Part shown: one piece after another, positions 1 through 9,005 of the stretch | How the letters are laid out: each line of letters begins with the position of its first letter | Position numbering within the stretch: position 1 is the first letter of the stretch | Assembly (NCBI GenBank): GCA_045806805.1 | Contig: JBJMIQ010000134.1 | Coordinates: 1-61,482, forward strand | Origin: Nocardioides sp. | Lineage (GTDB): Bacteria > Actinomycetota > Actinomycetes > Propionibacteriales > Nocardioidaceae | Reading direction: 5' to 3' | DNA length: 61,482 nucleotides | Translations under genes and position numbers: made by a program | Notes under the pieces: model-generated | What the model was told of the DNA's origin: nothing | The model's input: the letters and a program-made list of their open reading frames with translations, nothing else | Databases searched by the model: none

Positions 1-531
1 ATCGGGTGGAAGTGGGACGATCCGCGCGCGCTCACCCAGGCCCCGCCCGACGACGAGGCCGAGCCCTGGACCTGGTCCGGCCCGCCGAGAGCTGTCACCG
101 GCCAGACCTGGGGCGGCTGCCTCGAGATCGTGCACTGGAACCTGGCCGCCGGGCGCTGGATCCACGCCGCCGAGGAGTACGCCGGCTGCGTCCTGCTGCT
201 GGAGCCCGACGAGGAGCGCCCCTCACCCGAGGCGGTCTACCGGATGCTGCGCAACCTCGGGGAGCGCGGGCTTCTCGAGGTGTGCCCGGCCCTGCTCTGG
301 GGCCGGCCGCCGGTGTCGGACTTCGAATGCCGGCCCTCAGCCGGCGAAGCCGCCCGGACCCGGTCGGAGTACCGGGAGGTGGTGCTGCGGGCGGTGTCGG
401 AGTACCACCCGGACATGGTCGTCGTGCTCGACGTGGACTTCGGGCACACCTCGCCGCAGTGGGTGCTGCCGTATGGGGGGCGCGTCATCGTCGACGGCGA
501 GCGTCAGGTGATCACTGCGCACTTCGGCTGA
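1..531 (+). CDS. S66 family peptidase (LD-carboxypeptidase/MccF-like), 5'-truncated by window edge
   Basis: Frame 1 is open from base 1 (IGWKWDD...TWGGCLEIVHWNL...). WGGCLE and DFGHTSPQWVLPYG match C-terminal S66 motifs. Confidence 0.8.
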   Translation: MGWKWDDPRALTQAPPDDEAEPWTWSGPPRAVTGQTWGGCLEIVHWNLAAGRWIHAAEEYAGCVLLLEPDEERPSPEAVYRMLRNLGERGLLEVCPALLWGRPPVSDFECRPSAGEAARTRSEYREVVLRAVSEYHPDMVVVLDVDFGHTSPQWVLPYGGRVIVDGERQVITAHFG

Positions 532-1774
532 CGTCCGGGTCCGCCGCCTCCTGGGCGACCCGCCATCTGCTCCAGTGCCAGTGCAGGTAGCGGTCGATGG
601 CCCGGACGATGTGGGCGGACCTGATCGACGGGAAGATGTCGAAGGCGTGCTGCGCGCCCGGCAGCTCGGCATAGACGACGGTCTTGCGCGAGGTGTCCCG
701 CAGCTTCTCGACGAACAACCGCGCCTGCGCGACCGGCACCAGCGTGTCGTGGACGCCGTGGATCACGAAGAAGTCGGGAGCCTCCGGCGTGACCCGGAGG
801 AGCGGGGACGCCGCCTCGAACTCCGCACGCGCGTCGGGCCACGGCCTCTGGATGACCCGTGGGGCCAGGAAGGAGTCGCGGAGCAGCTCCGCGCTGCGCA
901 GCCCGGTCACGCCGGCGAAGTCGTAGACCCCGTAGTGCGGCACCGCCGCCTGCACCGTGGTGTCGACGTCCTCGAAGCCGGGTTGATACGCGGGGTCGTT
1001 GGGTGTGAGCGCCGCCAGCGCGGTCAGGTGGCCGCCGGCGGACCCACCGGTGATCGCTATGTAGTCGGGGTTGCCGCCGTAGTCGGCGATGTGGTCCCGG
1101 ATCCAGGCGATCGCCCGCTTCACGTCGATGACGTGCGCGGGGAAGGCGTCGCGCGGCGCGAGACGGTAGTTGATCGCCACGCAGACCCAGCCTCGGGCAG
1201 CCATGTGCTGCATGAGTGGGATGCCCTGCTGGTCCTTGCTGCCGATCGTCCATCCGCCGCCGTGCACCTGCAGCAGGACCGGCGCGCCGGTCAGGTCTTC
1301 CTGGTCCGGCAGGTAGAGGTCGAGGAGCCCGCGTTTGCCGGCGTCGCTGTAGCGGACGTCCTTCTCGACGCGCACGCCGACCTCGCGCATCCGGAACGGG
1401 TTGACCAGCTTGCGCCAGGGAGTGGCCAGGTCGGCGTCGGTGGGCGGAGCGTCGAGCTGCTCGACGTAGTCGACGCCCAGGCCCTCGACCAGAGCGTCCT
1501 CGGCCTCGTGCTGCACCCTGCGGCTCAGCGCGACGAGGTAGGTGAGCCCCGCGGACGTGGCTCCCGCCACGGCCAACCCGACCGGGTCTCGTCGGCGATC
1601 GCTCACCGCATTGGCGGCCGCGTCGGCCGCGGTGAGGGCCAGCAGGTGCGGGGCCAGCTCGGTGGTCAGCCAGCCGGCGAAGAATGCCGGCACCCCGGCG
1701 CGGAAGCCAGGAACCGGTCGGATCGCGTTGGCGGTGAACGCAGCGGTGACGAGCTGTCGACGCAGGAAGGACAC
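512..1774 (-). CDS. Alpha/beta-hydrolase esterase/lipase (HSL-type, LipO/LipM-like)
   Basis: HGGGW oxyanion motif, GGSAGG nucleophile elbow, HGVHD and AQHAF catalytic motifs, hydrophobic N-terminus. Confidence 0.88.
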   Translation of the reverse strand: MSFLRRQLVTAAFTANAIRPVPGFRAGVPAFFAGWLTTELAPHLLALTAADAAANAVSDRRRDPVGLAVAGATSAGLTYLVALSRRVQHEAEDALVEGLGVDYVEQLDAPPTDADLATPWRKLVNPFRMREVGVRVEKDVRYSDAGKRGLLDLYLPDQEDLTGAPVLLQVHGGGWTIGSKDQQGIPLMQHMAARGWVCVAINYRLAPRDAFPAHVIDVKRAIAWIRDHIADYGGNPDYIAITGGSAGGHLTALAALTPNDPAYQPGFEDVDTTVQAAVPHYGVYDFAGVTGLRSAELLRDSFLAPRVIQRPWPDARAEFEAASPLLRVTPEAPDFFVIHGVHDTLVPVAQARLFVEKLRDTSRKTVVYAELPGAQHAFDIFPSIRSAHIVRAIDRYLHWHWSRWRVAQEAADPDVSRSAQ

Positions 1775-1805
1775 AGCTGAGATGCTAGTCGAGAAAACAG
1801 CAGAC

Positions 1806-1819
1806 TAGAACGCGTTTCA
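1806..1819. promoter_or_regulatory. KstR operator
   Basis: TAGAACGCGTTTCA fits TnnAACnnGTTnnA; lies between the divergent esterase and WS/DGAT genes. Confidence 0.8.
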
Positions 1820-1839
1820 GTTTCGGATAGGATGCGGCC

Positions 1840-3297
1840 ATGGATCGTTTGTCCGGCCTCGACGCGAGCTTCCTCTACCTCGAGACCCCCGAGCAGCTCT
1901 TGCACGTGTGCGGCATCATCGTCCTCGATCCCGCCACGATGCCCGATGGCTACTCCTTCGACGCCATGAAGGCCAAGATCGACGACCGGATCCGCGACGT
2001 CCCGACCTTCACCCGCAAGCTGCGCAAGGTCCCGCTCAAGCTCGACCACCCGATCTGGGTGCGCGACACCCACTTCGACATCGACCGCCACGTCCATCGG
2101 CTCGCCCTCCCGAAACCAGGCGGCTACGAGGAGCTGGTCGAGCTGTGCGGCCACATCGCCGGCCAGCCGCTGGATCGGTCCCGGCCGCTCTGGGAGATGT
2201 GGGTGATCGAGGGCTACGACGACGAGAAGGTCGTGGTCTTCTCCAAGATGCACCACGCGACCGTCGACGGGGTTTCCGGCTCGAACCTGGTCTCCCACCT
2301 GTGCAGCCTGGAGCCCGACGCCCCACCGATCGAAGAGGGTGGCGACGGCCGTTACGGGCGCGACCCTCAGGAGCTGGAGCTGCTCGCGCGGGCTCTCGTG
2401 AGCAACCTGACCAAGCCCGTCGCCGCCGCGCGCCTGATGGCACCCTCCACCCAGCTGATCACCCGGACTCTGGGCCGCGCCCGGGAAGGTACGGCGATGG
2501 CGGCGCCGTTCTCCGCCCCGCGCACCTCGTTCAACGGCACGATCACCAGTCATCGGACGATCGGGCTGGCCGACATGAGCCTCGATGACGTCAAGGCGGT
2601 GAAGAAGGACACCGGGACCACCGTCAACGACGTCGTCCTGGCCGTAGCCGGCGGTGCGCTCCGCTCCTACCTCGAGGACCGGGGCGAGCTGCCCTCCAAC
2701 TCGCTGCTGGCGACGGTCCCGGTCTCCGTGCGCGAGTCCTCCAAGCGCTCCGACGGGGCCAACAAGGTGTCCGCCCTGTTCGCCAAGCTCGGGACCGACA
2801 TCGAGGACCCGCTCGAGCGGCTCGAGGACCTCGCGTCCGCCAACCGCAACGCGAAGGAGCACCACAACGCGATCAGTGCCGACTCCCTCCAGGACTGGGC
2901 GGAGTTCGCCGCGCCGCGCACGTTCGGGCTCGCGGTGCGCGCGTATGCCGGCCTACGGTTGGCCGAGCGGCACCCGGTCGTCCACAACCTGGTGATCTCC
3001 AACGTCCCCGGGCCTCCCGTGCCGCTCTACTTCACCGGCGCGAGGATCGAGGCGCTCTACCCCCTCGGCCCGGTCTTCCACGGCGCCGGGGTCAACATCA
3101 CGGTGATGTCCAACCGCGGCCACGTCCACGTCGGCATCATCGCCTGCCGCGAGTCGATGCCTGACGTCGACGATCTGGCGCGGCGGTTCCCGGACGAGCT
3201 CGAGAAGCTGAATGCCGCGGTGTCGGCCCAGAAGCAGGGGACACAGGGGAAGGCAACCCCGATCCGGAAGACCAAGCCGGCCGCTCCCAAGTCCTAG
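1840..3297 (+). CDS. Wax ester synthase/diacylglycerol acyltransferase (WS/DGAT)
   Basis: MDRLSGLDASFLYLE start, PLDRSRPLWEM, HHATVDG (HHxxxDG), TVNDVVLA, ISNVPGP. Confidence 0.95.
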   Translation: MDRLSGLDASFLYLETPEQLLHVCGIIVLDPATMPDGYSFDAMKAKIDDRIRDVPTFTRKLRKVPLKLDHPIWVRDTHFDIDRHVHRLALPKPGGYEELVELCGHIAGQPLDRSRPLWEMWVIEGYDDEKVVVFSKMHHATVDGVSGSNLVSHLCSLEPDAPPIEEGGDGRYGRDPQELELLARALVSNLTKPVAAARLMAPSTQLITRTLGRAREGTAMAAPFSAPRTSFNGTITSHRTIGLADMSLDDVKAVKKDTGTTVNDVVLAVAGGALRSYLEDRGELPSNSLLATVPVSVRESSKRSDGANKVSALFAKLGTDIEDPLERLEDLASANRNAKEHHNAISADSLQDWAEFAAPRTFGLAVRAYAGLRLAERHPVVHNLVISNVPGPPVPLYFTGARIEALYPLGPVFHGAGVNITVMSNRGHVHVGIIACRESMPDVDDLARRFPDELEKLNAAVSAQKQGTQGKATPIRKTKPAAPKS

Positions 3298-4196
3298 ACG
3301 GTGCGGGCGCGATGGCGTGCGTAGACCGTCGCCACGGCCTCCACGAACTCCGGCACGAAGACCTCTGCCTCCATCACGCAGCAGGCGTGTCCCGCCTCGA
3401 TGTCGTGGACGGTGGCTCCGGGGATCCTCCGGGCCAGCTCGAGCTGGCGGCGAGGCGGCACGACCTTGTCGTCGTTGGTGACGACCACCGCGGTGGGGAC
3501 GTCGATCTTCGAGAGCCAGGGCCGCGAGTGGTGCCGCCCGAGGGCAGCCACGGCCTGGCCCACCGCCCACGCACTCGTGCTGCGGAACTCACGCATCGCC
3601 CAGTCGTGGATGTCGGAGTCGAGCTCCAGGGCCTCTGCGAAGACCCGCGCCGAGCGCACCGCAGTTCGGGACCGTGAGACCTGGCGGGTGCCCAGCATGG
3701 CGAGCTCCATGCCCGCGTGGAACAACCGCTCCGAGGGTGTCGACCGGAACCGGTCCGTCGTCGCGCAGAGCACCAGGCCGGCGGTGCGGCTCGGGTGCTG
3801 GCGCCAGAAGCGCTGGGCGATGATCGACCCCATCGAGTAGCCGGCCACGATCGCCCGGTCGATGTCGAGTACGTCGAGCAGGGCGGCGACGTCATCGGCG
3901 CAGTCGTAGAGCGAGAACTCGTCGGACTTGATGCCTCGGCCGTGCCAGCGCTGGTCGAGGGTGACCACCCGATAGCGCTCGGCCAACGGCCGGATCGAGG
4001 GGTACCACGTGAGCAGCCCGGTGCAGCCCAGCGCGTGCAGCAGGACGATCGTGGGCGAGTCGGGCCGGGGACCCGGGGTGTCCGAGACGTAGGTCGACCC
4101 GCGCCCGGGCAGCTCCACCATTCGACCGTCCGGGATGGGGGCCCACGGCAGGTAGAACGAGCGCCGCACGAGCTGGCGCGGGGACAGTAGGGACAC
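3294..4196 (-). CDS. Alpha/beta-fold hydrolase
   Basis: LLHAL, DQRWHG, GYSMG nucleophile motif, DDKVVP, AGH; GAGGAGG RBS upstream of GTG. Confidence 0.88.
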   Translation of the reverse strand: MSLLSPRQLVRRSFYLPWAPIPDGRMVELPGRGSTYVSDTPGPRPDSPTIVLLHALGCTGLLTWYPSIRPLAERYRVVTLDQRWHGRGIKSDEFSLYDCADDVAALLDVLDIDRAIVAGYSMGSIIAQRFWRQHPSRTAGLVLCATTDRFRSTPSERLFHAGMELAMLGTRQVSRSRTAVRSARVFAEALELDSDIHDWAMREFRSTSAWAVGQAVAALGRHHSRPWLSKIDVPTAVVVTNDDKVVPPRRQLELARRIPGATVHDIEAGHACCVMEAEVFVPEFVEAVATVYARHRARTV

Positions 4197-4218
4197 GAGG
4201 CCTCCTCGCTGACTGGAC

Positions 4219-4232
4219 TAGAACAGGTTACA
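4219..4232. promoter_or_regulatory. KstR operator
   Basis: TAGAACAGGTTACA fits the consensus exactly and overlaps TACAGT (-10-like). Confidence 0.85.
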
Positions 4233-4275
4233 GTTTGTGTCCACTGGCCTGACAGCACCCCAAGGAGAACACGCG

Positions 4276-6456
4276 GTGAGTCCCGAAGTCGCCGAGACCC
4301 AGGAGGCCGTGCGCGCGGTGGTCCAGGAGGCCCTCGACCGCGACGCCGACTGGCCCGGGCTCGCCTCCGCGGGACTGCTGTCACTCCCGGTCCCCGAGGA
4401 GTTCGGGGGAGAGGGGCTCGGACTTGGCGAGGTCGCCATCCTGCTGCGCGAGGTGGGCAGCCGTGCCGGAGAGCTGCCGGTCTGGGAGACGTTGTGCTGC
4501 GGCGCGCTCACCCTGGCCATCGCGGGAAGTGACGGCCAGCGGCAGCGCTTGCTGCCAGGCGTCGCCTCCGGCGACGTGATCCTCACGCCGGCCGTCCGGG
4601 AAGCGGGGGCCGGGATCCCGGAGACGCCCGCGACGACGCTCGCCGGGGGTCGACTGACCGGTCGCAAGATCGGGGTCACGTACGCCGAGGAGGCTGCGGC
4701 CCTGCTCGTGGCGGCCCAGGACGGCGACCGGGTCGTCGTCGCGCTGGTCGACCCCTCCGCCGACGGGGTGACACTGCTCCCGTCACCGTCCTCGCGGGGA
4801 ACGAGGGAGCACACGGTCGTGCTCGACGGCGTCGAGGCAGACGTGCTCCCCGGCGCCGACGCCGGCAGCCTCCTGAGACGTCTCGCCATCACCGGCCTGT
4901 GCCTCACCGCCGCCGGTGTCCTGACGGGAGCCCGCGACCTGACCGCCGACTACGTCAAGGGCCGCGAGCAGTTCGGCCGCAAGCTCGCAGAGTTCCAGGC
5001 CGTCGCCCAGCAGGTCGCCGACGTCTACATCGCCTCCCGGACGGTCAGCCTGGCCGCGGACAACGCGGCTTGGCGGCTGGCCCAGGGGCTGGACCCGACC
5101 GACGACGTCGCGGTCGCGGCGTACTGGACCTGTGCGGAGGGACTCCCGGCCCTGCACATCTGCCAGCACCTGCACGGTGGGATGGGCGTCGACGAGACCT
5201 ACCCGCTGCACCGCTACTTCTCGTGGATCACCGACGTCACCCACGCCCTGGGCGGCCCGGGCCTGACCGCCGGGGCGGTGGGCATCGAGGACCCGCGGGC
5301 CAAGAACCTCGAGCTGAGCGAGTCGCAGCGGGCGCTCAAGGCCGAGCTGCGCGACTACTTCACCGGTCTGGCCGACGACGCCGCACACCGCGAGATGGCC
5401 ACCGACCGGCACGGGCCGACGTACCAGAAGACGGTTCGGAGGATGGGCGACGACGGCTGGATGGGTGTCGGCTGGCCCAAGGAGTACGGCGGTCACGGGC
5501 TGGGCGAGGTGGAGCAGACGATCTTCGCCAACGAGGCCCAGCGAGCCGACGTGCACCTGCCGGCCGTGACCCTGCAGACCGTCGGTCCGACCCTGATCCG
5601 CTACGGCACCGAGCGGCAGAAGGACCTGTTCCTCAAACGGATCCTCGCCGGTGACGTCCACTTCGCGATCGGCTACAGCGAGCCGGATGCGGGCACCGAC
5701 CTCGCCTCCCTGCGCACCAGCGCCCGTCGCGATGGAGACCACTACGTGGTCAACGGCCAGAAGCTCTGGACCACCGGCGGCCACCAGGCCGACTACCTGT
5801 GGCTGGCCTGCCGGACCGACCCCGACGCCCCGAAGCACCAGGGCATCTCCATCCTGATCGTCGACACGTCCGACCCGGGTTACTCCTGGACGCCGATCAT
5901 CACCGCCGACGGAGCCCACCACACCAACGCCGTTTACCTCAACGACGTGCGGGTGCCGGCCGACATGCTGGTGGGGGAGGAGAACCAGGGCTGGAAGCTG
6001 ATCACCACCCAGCTCAACCACGAGCGGGTCATGCTCGGCCCGGCCGGGCGGATCGAGGGCCTCCGCGACCGGGTCGCAGCCTGGGCCGACAAGGCCGGCG
6101 TACGCGACGAGCCCGACGTGCGCGCCGTCCTGGCCGAGGCGACCGCGGTGTTCCGGGTCAACGAGCTGCTCAACTGGCAGGTCGCCCGCACCGCCGAGGC
6201 GGGCGAGATCGACGTCGCCGATGCCTCGGCCTCCAAGGTCTTCGCCTCCGACCGGGTGCAGGTCCTCGGCCGCGACCTCGCCGCGGTCGTGCATCGGTAC
6301 GGCGACCTCGCCGACCCCGCGACCGGGGACCTGGCGGACTACCTGGACAAGCAGGCGAAGCGGAACCTCGTGCTCACCTTCGGTGGCGGTGTCAACGAGG
6401 TGCAGCGGGAGCTGATCGCGATGTTCGGTCTCGGCCTGCCGCGAGTCCCAAGATGA
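4276..6456 (+). CDS. fadE28-fadE29: Fused steroid side-chain acyl-CoA dehydrogenase ChsE1-ChsE2 (FadE28-FadE29)
   Basis: Two ACAD modules in one ORF. The first ends HLHGGMGVDETYPLHRY (FadE28-like). The second has AIGYSEPDAGTDLASLRT, NHERVML and TFGGGVNEV...PRVPR (FadE29-like). Start placed at GTG 4276 after AAGGAG. Confidence 0.9.
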   Translation: MSPEVAETQEAVRAVVQEALDRDADWPGLASAGLLSLPVPEEFGGEGLGLGEVAILLREVGSRAGELPVWETLCCGALTLAIAGSDGQRQRLLPGVASGDVILTPAVREAGAGIPETPATTLAGGRLTGRKIGVTYAEEAAALLVAAQDGDRVVVALVDPSADGVTLLPSPSSRGTREHTVVLDGVEADVLPGADAGSLLRRLAITGLCLTAAGVLTGARDLTADYVKGREQFGRKLAEFQAVAQQVADVYIASRTVSLAADNAAWRLAQGLDPTDDVAVAAYWTCAEGLPALHICQHLHGGMGVDETYPLHRYFSWITDVTHALGGPGLTAGAVGIEDPRAKNLELSESQRALKAELRDYFTGLADDAAHREMATDRHGPTYQKTVRRMGDDGWMGVGWPKEYGGHGLGEVEQTIFANEAQRADVHLPAVTLQTVGPTLIRYGTERQKDLFLKRILAGDVHFAIGYSEPDAGTDLASLRTSARRDGDHYVVNGQKLWTTGGHQADYLWLACRTDPDAPKHQGISILIVDTSDPGYSWTPIITADGAHHTNAVYLNDVRVPADMLVGEENQGWKLITTQLNHERVMLGPAGRIEGLRDRVAAWADKAGVRDEPDVRAVLAEATAVFRVNELLNWQVARTAEAGEIDVADASASKVFASDRVQVLGRDLAAVVHRYGDLADPATGDLADYLDKQAKRNLVLTFGGGVNEVQRELIAMFGLGLPRVPR

Positions 6457-7343
6457 CCCACGACGAGATCATGGCCGCAGCCGAGCGGATCAAGGCCAAC
6501 GGCGAGACGTCCCCGCGCCTTGGCCGCGACCCGGTCAACCAGCCGATGATCAACAACTGGGTCGAGGCGATCGGCGACCTCAACCCGCGCTGGCGCACCG
6601 GCGAGGCGCCGTGGGCCATGGCGCAGGTGTGGACGATGGGCGGGTTGCATCCGCAGCGCGATCCCGACGATCCCCTGCACTCGATGATGACCGTGCTCAC
6701 CGATGCCGGGTTCACCGGCGTGCTCGGAACCAACTGCGAGCAGGAGTACGCACGGCCGCTGCGCGTCGGCGAGGAAGTCACGGTCACCACCCGGCTCGAG
6801 TCGGTGGTCGGGCCCAAGCAGACCGGCGTCGGCGAGGGTTACTTCGTGACCACCCGCAACGTCTGGCGGGTCGGCGACGAGGAGGTCGCCTCCATGATGT
6901 TCCGGGTGTTGAAGTTCGTGCCGAGGCAAACCGGGGCGTCGGCCGAGGCCGACTTCGTCCTCCGCCCCCAGATGAACCGCGACACCGAGTTCTTCTGGGA
7001 GGGAACACGGGCCGGCGAGCTGCGGATCCAGACCTGCAACGTCTGCGGCGCCCTGCGCCACCCGCCGGGCCCGGCCTGCCCGGCGTGCGGTGCGCTCGAC
7101 CGCGGGTACGTCGTCGCGTCCGGTCGCGGCACGGTCTTCTCCTACGTGGTTCACCGGCACCCGCCCGTGCCCGGACGGGAGCTTCCGATCCTGCTGGTGC
7201 TCGTCGACCTCGAGGAGGGCGTCCGCATGCTCGGGGAGCTGCTCGACACCGACCCGGAGAAGGTCGAGATCGGCATGCCCGTCGTCGTCGACTTCCAGCG
7301 GATCGACGACGACCTGACGCTGCCCGTCTGGAGGCAAGGATGA
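6453..7343 (+). CDS. chsH2: MaoC-like hydratase + DUF35 (Zn-ribbon/OB-fold) subunit ChsH2
   Basis: DPVNQPMINNWVEAIGD, GPKQTGVGEGYF, CNVCG...CPACG; ATGA overlap with the upstream gene; igr operon synteny. Confidence 0.9.
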   Translation: MTHDEIMAAAERIKANGETSPRLGRDPVNQPMINNWVEAIGDLNPRWRTGEAPWAMAQVWTMGGLHPQRDPDDPLHSMMTVLTDAGFTGVLGTNCEQEYARPLRVGEEVTVTTRLESVVGPKQTGVGEGYFVTTRNVWRVGDEEVASMMFRVLKFVPRQTGASAEADFVLRPQMNRDTEFFWEGTRAGELRIQTCNVCGALRHPPGPACPACGALDRGYVVASGRGTVFSYVVHRHPPVPGRELPILLVLVDLEEGVRMLGELLDTDPEKVEIGMPVVVDFQRIDDDLTLPVWRQG

Positions 7344-7449
7344 AAACCACCACATTCGAATGCTCGATTCGCTCCGCCAGATCACCCCACGAAGTCACTC
7401 GCTTCGCTCGGACTCCGCGGGGACCCCGATGAACGGGGCCCTCGGATGA
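7340..7449 (+). repeat. MIRU-like intercistronic insert encoding two coupled mini-ORFs (30 aa and 6 aa)
   Basis: ATGA overlaps at 7340-7343, 7429-7432 and 7446-7449. ORFs are MKTTTFECSIRSARSPHEVTRFARTPRGPR and MNGALG. Confidence 0.55.
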
Positions 7450-7793
7450 GCGACCTGCCCGAGTGGCGGCTGCCGATCACCACCACGTTGGTGGTGAGCA
7501 CCGCGATTGCCACCCGCGACTTCCAGGACGTCCACCACGACGGCGAACTGGCCCGCTCCTACGGGTCGCAGGACATCTTCCTCAACATCCTGACCACGAC
7601 CGGACTGGTGCAGCGTTACGTGACCGACTCGCTGGGTGACGTCGACCTCGGCGGGATCGCGCTGCGGCTGGGCGCGCCGGCCTACCCGGGCGACGAGCTG
7701 GTGTTCAGCGGCACCCGCGACGGCGACACCGTGTCCGTGGTCGGCGCCGTCTCCCTGGGAGACCACGTGACCGCGACGGTGACCCTGCGATGA
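7446..7793 (+). CDS. chsH1: MaoC-like enoyl-CoA hydratase subunit ChsH1
   Basis: VSTAIATRDFQDVHHD...DIFLNILTTTGLVQRYVTD matches the Rv3541c family; synteny. Confidence 0.9.
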   Translation: MSDLPEWRLPITTTLVVSTAIATRDFQDVHHDGELARSYGSQDIFLNILTTTGLVQRYVTDSLGDVDLGGIALRLGAPAYPGDELVFSGTRDGDTVSVVGAVSLGDHVTATVTLR

Positions 7794-8959
7794 CGGCGGC
7801 ACTCTCAGGAAAGGCGGCGATCGTCGGTATCGGTGCCACCGAGTTCTCCAAGGACTCCGGCCGCTCCGAGCTGCAGCTCTCGGTCGAGGCCGTCCGGTCC
7901 GCGCTGGCCGACTGCGGTCTCACGCCCGGCGACGTCGACGGCCTCACCACCTTCACCATGGACACGACCTCGGAGATCGCGCTCGCCCGCGAGCTCGGGA
8001 TGGGGGAGCTCCGGTTCTTCAGCCGGATCAGCTACGGGGGCGGCGCTGCCTGCGGCACCGTCCAGCAGGCCGCGATGGCCGTCGCGACCGGGGTGGCCGA
8101 CGTGGTGGTCTGCTACCGCGGGTTCAACGAGCGGTCCGGCCAGCGCTTCGGCCGTGCCTCGGTCTGGGCCAACACCCAGGTCAACACCAACGGCCTCGAC
8201 AACGCCTGGGCCTACCCACACGGGTTGACCACGCCCGCCGCGATGGTGGCGATGCAGGCCACGCGCTACCTGCACGAGCACGGCGCGACCTCCGAGGACT
8301 TCGGCCGGGTCGCAGTCGCCGACCGGCGCCACGCGGCCACCAACCCCAACGCGTTCTTCTACGGCAGGCCGATCACGCTGGAGGACCACCAGTCCTCCCG
8401 GATGATCGTCGACCCGCTCCACCTCCTCGACTGCTGCCAGGAGAGCGACGGCGCGGTCGCGCTGGTAGTGGTGTCGGCCGAGCGCGCTCGCGACCTGCCG
8501 CAGCCGCCCGCCTACGTCGGGGCGGCGGCGCAGGGGAGTGCGCCGGAGCAGTTCGTGATGACGTCCTACTACCGGCGGGACATCGGGATCCCCGAGATGG
8601 GCGTGGTCGGCCGCGAGCTCTGGCGGCAGTCGGGCCTCGGCCCCGAGGACATCCAGACCGCGGTGCTCTACGACCACTTCACGCCCTACGTGCTGATGCA
8701 GCTCGAGGAGCTCGGCTTCTGCGGCCCTGGCGAAGCGCCGGGGTTCATCGCCGACGGTGCGATCGAGATCGGCGGGCGGCTGCCGATCAACACCCACGGT
8801 GGTCAGCTCGGCGAGGCCTACATACACGGCATGAACGGCATCGCCGAGGCAGTTCGGCAGGTGCGTGGTACGGCGGTGAACCAGGTCGACGACGTCGCCC
8901 ACGTCCTGGTCACCGCCGGCACCGGCGTGCCGACGAGTGGGTTGGTGCTGTCGGTCTGA
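7790..8959 (+). CDS. ltp2: Steroid side-chain aldolase Ltp2 (thiolase-fold)
   Basis: ATEFSKDSGRSELQL, LYDHFTP, NTHGGQLGEAYIHGMNG; follows chsH1. Confidence 0.92.
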   Translation: MTAALSGKAAIVGIGATEFSKDSGRSELQLSVEAVRSALADCGLTPGDVDGLTTFTMDTTSEIALARELGMGELRFFSRISYGGGAACGTVQQAAMAVATGVADVVVCYRGFNERSGQRFGRASVWANTQVNTNGLDNAWAYPHGLTTPAAMVAMQATRYLHEHGATSEDFGRVAVADRRHAATNPNAFFYGRPITLEDHQSSRMIVDPLHLLDCCQESDGAVALVVVSAERARDLPQPPAYVGAAAQGSAPEQFVMTSYYRRDIGIPEMGVVGRELWRQSGLGPEDIQTAVLYDHFTPYVLMQLEELGFCGPGEAPGFIADGAIEIGGRLPINTHGGQLGEAYIHGMNGIAEAVRQVRGTAVNQVDDVAHVLVTAGTGVPTSGLVLSV

Positions 8960-9005
8960 GCGCAGCCGTGCCGGGCGAAGGCACGGGACTGTGCCTGGAT
9001 CCTCG

